From Enterococcus phage VRE9_2: a DNA stretch of 64,000 bases. This document shows positions 48,269 to 56,212 of this stretch, piece by piece. Each line of letters begins with the position of its first letter. The first letter of the stretch is position 1. Location of the stretch: sequence record PP680568.1; one strand, given 5' to 3'. The notes beneath the pieces were generated by a model. It searched no databases, was not told where the DNA came from, and saw nothing but the letters and a program-made list of their open reading frames with translations. A program made the position numbers and the translations under genes.

Positions 48269-48583
48269 TTATGCTCCAGCTTGACTAACTGTAATTTCAA
48301 TTGTAGATTGATCAGAAAGAGTAGCTGTTCCTCCAGTTACTTTACCAGATTCGTCTGTTGTTAAGGCAATAGCCGTAATAGATTTTCCATCTGTACCATT
48401 TGCCCCAGCAGCTCCTTTTGCACCGGCATCCCCCTTGTCTCCTTTAGGTCCGGCAGGTCCAGTCTCACCTGGATCTCCTTTAGGTCCTTTTTGTTCTTGT
48501 AAGAAATCTACTAAAGAAGCAAATGATTCTTGTGTCATAGTTTTACCAGTTGCAAATAATGCTTTAATTTGTTCTGCGTTCAT
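48269..48583 (-). CDS. Collagen-like Gly-X-Y repeat protein (104 aa).
   Basis: GPKGDPGETGPAGPKGDKGDAGAKGAAGANGTDGKS gives about 12 uninterrupted GXY triplets. Confidence 0.5.
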   Translation of the reverse strand: MNAEQIKALFATGKTMTQESFASLVDFLQEQKGPKGDPGETGPAGPKGDKGDAGAKGAAGANGTDGKSITAIALTTDESGKVTGGTATLSDQSTIEITVSQAGA

Positions 48584-48644
48584 TTTGTTTCCTCCTATTT
48601 TTAAATATATTTGAGAACTTATCTCTTTTTATTATGAAAAAGTC

Positions 48645-48860
48645 TTATTCTGCTTTTCCAACTTTTGCCTTACCTACTATAGCTTTTCCTACAATAGATT
48701 CTTCACCTAATTCTTCTTCTTTTTTATAAGCAATAGCTTTATCCGTAGGACAAATCATATAATAGAAATCTTCCGTTTTGTTTTTACGATAATTAATAAC
48801 CATATAATTTTCTTCATATTCTCGTCCACAATGAGAACATACATAAATATCTTTTTTCAT
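48645..48860 (-). CDS. Small zinc-ribbon protein with a C-terminal IVGKAIVGKAKVGKA repeat (71 aa). Paralog of the ORF at 32602-32853.
   Basis: CSHCG...CPTDK zinc ribbon plus a tandem VGKA repeat at the C-terminus. Confidence 0.5.
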   Translation of the reverse strand: MKKDIYVCSHCGREYEENYMVINYRKNKTEDFYYMICPTDKAIAYKKEEELGEESIVGKAIVGKAKVGKAE

Positions 48861-48924
48861 TCTCTTTCCTCCTTTTGGTAATCGCTAATACTATTAAAAA
48901 GACCTAATTTGAAACAATAAAATA

Positions 48925-48948
48925 AAGCCCTATTTTATAATAGGGCTT
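48925..48948 (-). terminator. Putative terminator (leftward) after the 623-aa gene.
   Basis: 9-bp inverted repeat aagccctat/atagggctt, with a T-rich tract following on the - strand. Confidence 0.4.
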
Positions 48949-48956
48949 AAATCTTA

Positions 48957-50828
48957 TTATTCTTTTACTTCGCCAGTTAATAAGAAGTCAATGAATTCTT
49001 TATTAATAGGACTGTCTCCAGTCAAACGGAATTCAAAAGAACTATCTTCAAGAGGCTCCCATGAAAAACCTAAAGAATCTAAAATAATTTTAGTTTTTAA
49101 TTGAAATTCTTCTTCTCGATTTTCACATTTGAAAATATAATCCTTTAGAATTTCAAAACAATCTTTTTTAGATGTACCTAATTCTTGATACTTTTTGAAA
49201 ATTTTATTCATTTTCCAAGCTTCATCAAGAATGTTTGGTAGTTCCTGAGAAAAGATTTCTTTCCATTCATCAGAATCAATATCTTCTGTATTTTCATGAT
49301 ATTTTCCGTCAACTTTCCAAATAAAGCAATCATGGATACAAGCAGTTACTCCATTTGATAATTCTACAACATCTTCTTGAAGCATATAACTATCAAGAGT
49401 TTCGCACCATGCAGCATCAGAAGTTAAGAGATATTCTTCTAAATGATCTGAGTAAGTAGCATCTTTTGTATAAACCCAAGAATCTTCTTTGGAGCCAATC
49501 GCATGAACTGCTTCTTCTCCCCAAATATTTTCTCCTTCTTTGGTAGACCAAATGGTTTCTTCTCCACAGCATTCACAAACATAGACAATATCTCCAAAAG
49601 TATCTAATACTCGAACACCATAATCTTCATCAAAACGTTCTTCACAAGATGGACAAATTGATCTTGAACCATAGTAACATTCTTCACAAAGCCCTGAACA
49701 ATTTGCAGGATCATCTTTAGAACCACATTCGAGACAAACAAAGGCGCTTTGTGCATTAATTGGGATAGTTTTGCCTTCTTCCGCCTGAAAAAGAACAGGA
49801 GATCGTAAACCTCGAATTGCATCATTCCAGTTGAAAGCATCTACATAACCATATTCATTACAATCTGAACCATTTCTCCAACGAAAACGAGTTAAATTTT
49901 CTTCAATTTGGTTAATTTTCGCATTACCTTCCCAACCCAATAAAGATAAGGTTGCATTACTAATCATATTTTGTAATCCATTATTCAAACGGGGATATCC
50001 TTTTTGAGATAAAAGAACTGGAACAGTTTCTTCTTCATAGTCAACTTCAGAAACGAACATCATTTGACGCCATACTTTTGGAGCTAAATAACCAAACTCT
50101 TCTAAATCTTTTTCCATTACAGTAAAACCAACAAAAGCATCTGGTCCAACCATGTAACCTAGTGTACCATTATTATATTCACCTTCGTCAGGGTGCATAC
50201 ATGAACGCCAGCTATTTCCATAACTAATTAAGAATAAATCTTCTGGTCTGATAGATAGAACAATTTTTCGTCCATCAAAATTTGCCCCTGATGCAAAACT
50301 AGCCATTTCTCCACCAACAATTTTATTTTTAATGTCAGAAACCGCTTCTTTTAATTTCCTAGTTGAAGAAACGTTTTGAGCAGACAATACTGACATATCA
50401 ACTAAAGAGTTTAAAACTTTAGTTAAACGTTGTCCATGGAAAGGTAACATTTTGAATTCATCTTTCATAATTACCTTTTTATTTTCAACTCTGATTTTGT
50501 CAAAAGTATTATAAACTGATGTTTTAAAAACGTCAATGAAATTATAAGAAATATCCAAGTCACGTAAATCAGAATATAATCCATCATCTACATAATTTTT
50601 CATTTCTTCAAATGAAAATTCTTCCATGAAATCTTTGAAATCTTTAGGATCTAAGACAATCCTTCCATTTGTTCCATCAAAGATTTTTTGTAGGTAAGAG
50701 TTTTTCATTTCCATTCCTTTTGCATAATAATCTAAATATTGTGAGTCTGATAATGAGCCCCACTCATAAAATTCATTAAAGATTTCTTTTAAATTTGCTT
50801 TAACCTCTTCAACGCTATAATTTAACAT
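48957..50828 (-). CDS. Member 3 (623 aa) of the uncharacterised paralogous family, with a C-terminal multi-Cys (zinc-binding) domain.
   Basis: Shared core LSIRPEDLFLIS...WRSC...KVWRQMMF...GYP...NNG. Downstream cluster CLECG...CSGLCEEC...CPSCEE...CECCG. Confidence 0.5.
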   Translation of the reverse strand: MLNYSVEEVKANLKEIFNEFYEWGSLSDSQYLDYYAKGMEMKNSYLQKIFDGTNGRIVLDPKDFKDFMEEFSFEEMKNYVDDGLYSDLRDLDISYNFIDVFKTSVYNTFDKIRVENKKVIMKDEFKMLPFHGQRLTKVLNSLVDMSVLSAQNVSSTRKLKEAVSDIKNKIVGGEMASFASGANFDGRKIVLSIRPEDLFLISYGNSWRSCMHPDEGEYNNGTLGYMVGPDAFVGFTVMEKDLEEFGYLAPKVWRQMMFVSEVDYEEETVPVLLSQKGYPRLNNGLQNMISNATLSLLGWEGNAKINQIEENLTRFRWRNGSDCNEYGYVDAFNWNDAIRGLRSPVLFQAEEGKTIPINAQSAFVCLECGSKDDPANCSGLCEECYYGSRSICPSCEERFDEDYGVRVLDTFGDIVYVCECCGEETIWSTKEGENIWGEEAVHAIGSKEDSWVYTKDATYSDHLEEYLLTSDAAWCETLDSYMLQEDVVELSNGVTACIHDCFIWKVDGKYHENTEDIDSDEWKEIFSQELPNILDEAWKMNKIFKKYQELGTSKKDCFEILKDYIFKCENREEEFQLKTKIILDSLGFSWEPLEDSSFEFRLTGDSPINKEFIDFLLTGEVKE

Positions 50829-50863
50829 AAATGAAAAACTCCCTTTCTTTAACTTATATAAAT

Positions 50864-50892
50864 ATTATATCATTTTAAAAATTACTTTTCAA
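50864..50892 (-). promoter_or_regulatory. Early promoter TTGAAA-17-TGaTATAAT, leftward, driving the 623-aa gene operon.
   Basis: - strand: TTGAAA agtaatttttaaaatga TATAAT, about 35 nt upstream of the start at 50828. Confidence 0.55.
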
Positions 50893-51131
50893 ATAATGTT
50901 TTTTAAAATCTAAACTTTATTTGAATTTTCGTTTCTAAAACTTGATTACAAAACTATTATATAATTTTAAAAAAAGTTTTTCAACCAAGAGCAACAAGGA
51001 TTTCGCCTCTGACTAAAAACGTATTTGACTTTTTTCGTTTAATATATATTTTTATAAATATTTTTTTATATAAAAAGGAAGTTTTTTGTTCGTGCATTAC
51101 AAATCGGCTCCCCCATCATTGCTCTCTTGGG

Positions 51132-51160
51132 TTGACTTTTTTATGTTCAATATATATAAT
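51132..51160 (+). promoter_or_regulatory. Consensus sigma-A promoter TTGACT-17-TATAAT, rightward.
   Basis: TTGACT at 51132-51137 and TATAAT at 51155-51160 with an exact 17-nt spacer. Confidence 0.6.
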
Positions 51161-51198
51161 TAATATAGAGTTTTGAGTAATTCTCAGAGTAAAAATTC

Positions 51199-51227
51199 TT
51201 GACTTTTTGATTATTATATGTTATAAT
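51199..51227 (+). promoter_or_regulatory. Second tandem consensus promoter TTGACT-17-TGtTATAAT, rightward.
   Basis: TTGACT at 51199-51204 and TATAAT at 51222-51227 preceded by TGt. 50 nt upstream of the gene at 51278. Confidence 0.6.
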
Positions 51228-51277
51228 TAATCATAAAGATAAATAAAGAATTAAAATTTGAAGGAGTGTATTTTTAA

Positions 51278-51646
51278 ATGAAAGAAGAAATTATTAAAAA
51301 ATTTATGAACGCCTTAAACATTTCAAGAGAAGCAGCTTTGGAGTTATATGATTATGATGAACGAGTAGAAAAAAGTAATAAGCCTGTAGAAGGGGAAATT
51401 GTAGTTAAAAAGGTTCCTAAAACTTCAAAGAAAAAAGGTATTCAAAAAGAAGAATTAGATGCAATGAAAGATTTGTTATCTAAAATGTTTCCGAATGGAG
51501 AAGAGTTTAAAAATAGTCAATTATCTCCATTATGTGAAGAATTAAACTTAACTAATAGACAGACTCCTTCAAGATTAAAAGCATTAAAAGAAGAAGGTTT
51601 CTTAGAAGACTTAGGTGGTTCACCTAAAAAATATAAGGTTAAATAA
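51278..51646 (+). CDS. Hypothetical protein (122 aa), first gene of the rightward operon.
   Basis: RBS gaaggag. Lys/Glu-rich. No recognisable motif. Confidence 0.45.
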   Translation: MKEEIIKKFMNALNISREAALELYDYDERVEKSNKPVEGEIVVKKVPKTSKKKGIQKEELDAMKDLLSKMFPNGEEFKNSQLSPLCEELNLTNRQTPSRLKALKEEGFLEDLGGSPKKYKVK

Positions 51647-51730
51647 GACAAAATGTCTTGGTTTTTTCAGAGAAACTTTCTTATATTGAGTTTTAAATAA
51701 ACTACCGATATAGGAGAGGATGAAAGTTTT

Positions 51731-53771
51731 ATGTTAAATGTAATGAAAAAAGATGGTCATATTGAAATTTTTGACACGAAGAAAATTCAGGAGGCAATTT
51801 TAGCTTCTGCAAGGAAAATTCTTTCTAATGAAGAAGAATATGATATGCAGCAAAAAGCTTTAATTATTGCGAATGAGGTAGCTCGTTTCTTAAATTCAAC
51901 TGAAGATGAAAATGCAGTTATTATGACATCTAAAATTCATAATGTTGTTCTGGAGATTCTATCCAAAGAATGGGAAGTCGTTGGAGCTTCTTATGGAATG
52001 TATAGAAACTATAGAAAACAAATGGCTAAAACATTTTTAAAAAGTTATGAGGAATCTGAAACTGTACTCCACGATGGAGATAAAGAAAATGCTAATAAAG
52101 ATAGTGATTTGAATAGTACAAAACAAGCTTTAATTGCAAATAATAATATGCGTGGTTATATGGAAACATTTGAAATGGATAAAGATTGGATTGAAGCTCA
52201 TAAACAAGGTTGGATACACATTCATGATTTAGCAGAGCGTTATTTGCGCCAGCAAAATTGTTGTTTGTTTAACATGGCAGGTTTATTAGATGGTGGGTTC
52301 CAATTAAATGGAACAGTTTATGCAGAGCCTAAACATTTTGATTCTGCTATTAATGTAGTAGGAGATGTTACTTTGTTTGCATCTGCACAGCAATATGGCG
52401 GTTTTACTATTCCTGAAATAGATACTGTTTTAGCTAAATACGCTGAAAAAAGTTATCAATCAAATTTAAAATTTATTTTAGATAAATTTGGAGATATTAC
52501 TAATGAAGATATTATGGAAACACTAGAACAAACAGCTTACGACATGACTGTTAGAGAGCTAGAACAAGGCTTTCAAGGCTTTGAAACAAAATTAAATACA
52601 ATTAGTAATTCTTTAGGACAAATTCCTTTTGTAACAATTACTTTTGGTTTGGATACAACTCAATGGGGAAGAGAAATTTCTAAAGCTATTTTGAATGTAC
52701 GGATTAAAGGGATTGGAGAAAATAAATCAACAGCGGTATTTCCTAAATTATCTTTTTTACATAGAAAGGAAATTAATGGAAATCCAGAATCTCCTAATTA
52801 TGATATTAAACAATTAGGGATTCAATGTTCTCGATTAAGATTATATCCTGATTGGCTGTCCCTAGATAGTGGAAATCTTGCAGAAGTATATGAAAGATCT
52901 AATCAAGTTGTATCTGGGATGGGATGTCGAGCATATTTAAGTCCATTTTGGGACGAGCAAGGAAATGAAATTTACACTGGACGATCTAATATTGGAGCCG
53001 TTACATTGAACCTTCCTAAAATTGGTTTAGAATCAAAAGGGGATTGGAATAAATTTTTTGATCTAGTAGATAAATATTCTGATATTGTTTTTGCTATTCA
53101 TGAAGATTATTATACTAAAATTAGTAAAACAAAAGGTTCTTCTAACCCTCTATATTTCTGTGAAGGTGGAGCTTGGACAAAAGTAGGCTATGATGAAGAA
53201 GTTGGGAAGATATATGAAGCTTCAACTGCTTCATTGGGATATATTGGAATTTATGAAACATTAAAAGCAATGAATGTTTCAAAAGAAGAATATCTTAAAT
53301 ATGGGACTAAAATTGTTGCATATTTGAAAAAATTAACAGAAAAAGCTACAATTAATTATAATCATTTATATGCACTTTATTCAACCCCAGCAGAAAGTTT
53401 ATGCTATAGATTCCAGAAAATTAATCGTAAATATTATGGAGTAATTGAAGATGTAACTGATAGAGAGTACATTACAAATTCTTTCCATGTTCCAGTATGG
53501 GAAGATGTTAGCGTTCCTGAAAAAATTGCTTTTGAAGCACCATTCCATAAACTTGCAACAGGTGGGCGAATTTCTTATAATGAATTTGTTTATGGAGTAG
53601 ATAATTCTGTGCTAGAACAAGCAATTAACTTTGCTATGGAAAATGGAATGTATTATGGAGTTAATGTTGTTGCAGGAACTTGTAATCAATGTGGTTATAG
53701 TGGAGATTTCCATGACAATTGTCCTAAATGTGGTACCCATGATATTACAGTAGTAACGAGAGTTTGTGGGT
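51731..53771 (+). CDS. nrdD: Anaerobic ribonucleoside-triphosphate reductase NrdD, exon 1. Ends inside the glycyl-radical motif RVCG|.
   Basis: N-terminal ATP-cone MKKDGHIEIFDTKKIQEAI. Class III RNR core. C-terminal zinc ribbon CNQCG...CPKCG. The continuous reading frame terminates 8 codons after RVCG, where the intron begins. Confidence 0.8.
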
Positions 53772-54797
53772 TAACTATAAAAAGTTCTCTTTAAAAAACT
53801 TAAAGGCTCACGTAAAACAGGATAAATTGCGGGAACATCCTAAAGTTCTTAACTACTAAGCAAATATAGTGATATATTTGTGGCTGAACTAATCACTCAG
53901 GTATAGTAAAAAGGTTAAGAAATTGGACAATCCGCAGCGATACCTCTCATTAGAGAGAGACGTTCAACGACTATAAACCTGCTCTGGCTTAATTTTAAGC
54001 TAAATGTATAGTCTAGTCCGAGATAATATGTAGTATAATAGGAGTTGTTACAGTATAGATTTTTATGTATACATTCATTATACTAAAGATACAAAAGAAA
54101 TATTTTATGTAGGTAAGGGTATAAATAACAGAGCTTATTCAAAAGTTAAACGAAATAAGTTTTGGTGGAATATTGTTAATAAGCATGATTATTGCTTAAA
54201 AATTTTATATTCAAATTTATCAGAAGAAAAGGCTTTCCTTTTAGAGAAGGAATTAATTAAAAATCTAAAAGCTATTGGATTAGCAAAAGCAAACTTCCAT
54301 GAAGGAGGTTCAGGAGGAAATACAATGAAATACGCCCCTCTTGGAGAAATCCAAAAGTGGAAAGAAAGTTTATGCTCCGCTCAACAAAATTTAGATTTAG
54401 AAACTAGACAAAGATTAAGTCAAATTCGTAGTCTAAATGTAAGCGGAGATAAAAATCCTCAATTTAATAAGCCTGGATTTAATACAGGTCGCAAATTTTC
54501 TGATGAACATAAAAATAAAATTAGCAATGCTTTAAAACAATATTCTATGACAGAAGAACACAAACAAAATATAACAAAATCACACAACAAATATCTATTA
54601 AAGGTTATTACAGATAATGGAGAAGAAATGATTTTTAGTTCTCTAAAGGAAGCTTCTGAAACACTAGGAGTTCCTAAGACTACATTATCTAGTTGTGGAC
54701 ATGGAAATAATGGCAGAAACAAAACCCATTATTCTTCCAAATATAAACTTACTGCATATTATCTAACATAAGTATCCCGAAAGGGACGGTAGATTCG
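53772..54797 (+). mobile_element. Group I self-splicing intron (IA2-like core) interrupting nrdD, with an embedded GIY-YIG homing endonuclease gene.
   Basis: Conserved core elements: P AAUUGCGGGAA (53825-53835), Q AAUCCGCAGC (53929-53938), R GUUCAACGACUAUAAAC (53962-53978) and S AUGUAUAGUCUAGUCCG (54004-54020). The R/S halves gacuau/auaguc are complementary and would form P7. The internal guide sequence GGCTCAC (53806-53812) pairs with exon end GTGGGT, and the exon ends in U. Terminal G at 54797. Confidence 0.8.
54034..54771 (+). CDS. Intron-encoded GIY-YIG homing endonuclease (I-TevI-like, with NUMOD3-type repeats and a C-terminal HTH). No canonical start codon lies upstream of the catalytic motif.
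   Basis: Open frame from 54034. GIY-YIG core VYIHYTKDTKEIFYVGKG...R...E. Repeats GDKNPQFNKPGFNTGRKFSDEHKNKISNALK. C-terminal LKEASETLGVPKTTL. First in-frame ATG is at 54325, downstream of the GIY-YIG motif. AGGAG at 54040-54044. An out-of-frame ATG sits at 54065. Confidence 0.6.
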   Translation, partial: YNRSCYSIDFYVYIHYTKDTKEIFYVGKGINNRAYSKVKRNKFWWNIVNKHDYCLKILYSNLSEEKAFLLEKELIKNLKAIGLAKANFHEGGSGGNTMKYAPLGEIQKWKESLCSAQQNLDLETRQRLSQIRSLNVSGDKNPQFNKPGFNTGRKFSDEHKNKISNALKQYSMTEEHKQNITKSHNKYLLKVITDNGEEMIFSSLKEASETLGVPKTTLSSCGHGNNGRNKTHYSSKYKLTAYYLT

Positions 54798-54889
54798 ATT
54801 TATCCTTTGATCAGATTCATGGTGACTCACGTTATAATCCTGGTAAACAAAAAGAAGTTAAAGAAAGAGTTAAACATAATTTCAAATAA
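54798..54889 (+). CDS. nrdD: NrdD exon 2, encoding the C-terminal 30 residues (Y)LSFDQIHGDSRYNPGKQKEVKERVKHNFK.
   Basis: In frame after splicing (t|at = Tyr). Matches the conserved NrdD C-terminus (RVCGYL...N.GK..E...RVKH). Confidence 0.65.
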
Positions 54890-54901
54890 AAGGAGAAATA
54901 T

Positions 54902-55195
54902 ATGAAAGAAAAGGAACAAGAGGTTATTGAAAAGTTATATGCTTATGTATCAGAAATGGATATTGTTTTAGCAGAAAAGAAACTACAAACAATTTCTTTA
55001 ATACTTTTTATTCTTATGGGAGGATATTGTTTAATCTTTTCTTGCCCTGTATTTATTAATATTGTTTCTTTATCCGGCTTAGCTTATTTTGCTTTTACTT
55101 TATTGGCAAATTTAATGCTTGAACAACTTTTGGATAAAGAAATTTCAAAAAATGAAGTTTTATTAGAACAAATTCTTAAAAATAAAGAGAAATAG
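54902..55195 (+). CDS. Hypothetical membrane protein (97 aa).
   Basis: RBS aaaggag. Two hydrophobic helices. Confidence 0.45.
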   Translation: MKEKEQEVIEKLYAYVSEMDIVLAEKKLQTISLILFILMGGYCLIFSCPVFINIVSLSGLAYFAFTLLANLMLEQLLDKEISKNEVLLEQILKNKEK

Positions 55196-55216
55196 AAAGA
55201 AAGGAAGTTTTTTAAA

Positions 55217-55381
55217 ATGATGTTTATTGCAGTTTTTTGTGGGATTTGTATCCTATTATTAATTGGTTCTGGAATGAAAGCAAATATAGGAAGAGATACT
55301 ACGAGATTAGAGAATATGGCTTACTTAATGTTTGCCATATTCTTAATTTTGTTTATCCTAATTTTAATTGGGGGAGCATAA
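55217..55381 (+). CDS. Small hypothetical membrane protein (54 aa), not in the ORF track.
   Basis: RBS AAGGAAG at 9-nt spacing. Two hydrophobic helices (IAVFCGICILLLIGSG and LMFAIFLILFILILIGG). Confidence 0.4.
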   Translation: MMFIAVFCGICILLLIGSGMKANIGRDTTRLENMAYLMFAIFLILFILILIGGA

Positions 55382-55382
55382 T

Positions 55383-55904
55383 ATGGCTTATTTACACAAT
55401 ATAAAAAAATATGATATGGAAAACAGTGGTTTAAAAGGAGCCTCAGTTTCTTTATGGTTTAATCATTGTCCACATCATTGCCCAGGATGCTGGAATTCAG
55501 AAACTTGGGAAAGAAATGAAAACTTATATGAGGATAACCAAGAGGTAATAGAAGAGGTGCTCGATGGTCTTGATGGAGGACCAATGAAATTAAATACTCT
55601 TGCTCTTTTGGGAGGAGACCCTCTCAGTCCTAAAAATATAAAAGATACATTAGAAATTTTATCGGCAGTTAAAACAAAAAGACCAGAGACAGAGGTTATC
55701 TGTTGGACTGGTTTTACTTGGGAACAAGTAACTAAAAGTAAGTTACTTAAACCAGTATTAGAATATTTAGATGTATTAATTGATGGTCGTTTTATGATAG
55801 ACCGTAGAATCGAAGGTAAAAAATATGGTTCTGACAATCAAAGATGTATTGATGTGAAAAAATCTCTTCAATGTGATAAAATATATTTAATGGAGGGATT
55901 TTAA
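55383..55904 (+). CDS. nrdG: Anaerobic RNR activating enzyme NrdG (radical SAM).
   Basis: CPHHCPGC (C-x3-C-x2-C) cluster. Preferred start is the ATG at 55383 with RBS GGGGGAG, rather than the TTG at 55368. Confidence 0.7.
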   Translation: MAYLHNIKKYDMENSGLKGASVSLWFNHCPHHCPGCWNSETWERNENLYEDNQEVIEEVLDGLDGGPMKLNTLALLGGDPLSPKNIKDTLEILSAVKTKRPETEVICWTGFTWEQVTKSKLLKPVLEYLDVLIDGRFMIDRRIEGKKYGSDNQRCIDVKKSLQCDKIYLMEGF

Positions 55905-56212
55905 TGTTTGGTCTTAATAAAAAAACAGAAAAAAATTCTGTGAAAAAGTATCGTAAAAAACCTGTTGAAGTAGAAGTATGGCTTTTTAATAGAGAAAATT
56001 TGGAAACAGCAGAAAGTTGGGTACGCAAGTATTCAGATAAAATGGTTTTATTTTCTCAATATGGTGGAGAAAAAATTTGGATAGAAATAAAAACTTTAGA
56101 AGGTGTAATGAAAGCTTCTGAAGGAGACTATATTATAAAAGGAATCAATGGAGAATTATATCCTTGTAAACCAGATATTTTTCTCAAAACTTATGAAGAG
56201 GTGACAAATTAA
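55904..56212 (+). CDS. Hypothetical protein (102 aa).
   Basis: Start overlaps the nrdG stop (TAATG). Confidence 0.45.
   Translation: MFGLNKKTEKNSVKKYRKKPVEVEVWLFNRENLETAESWVRKYSDKMVLFSQYGGEKIWIEIKTLEGVMKASEGDYIIKGINGELYPCKPDIFLKTYEEVTN

Noticed and set aside
50942-50965. TTGATT...TATAAT pair as an additional + strand promoter.
   Set aside because: The spacer is only 12 nt, which is incompatible with sigma-A geometry.
55368-55382. TTG start for nrdG used by the ORF track.
   Set aside because: There is no SD upstream of the TTG, and it overlaps the preceding small membrane ORF. The ATG at 55383 has GGGGGAG at ideal spacing.
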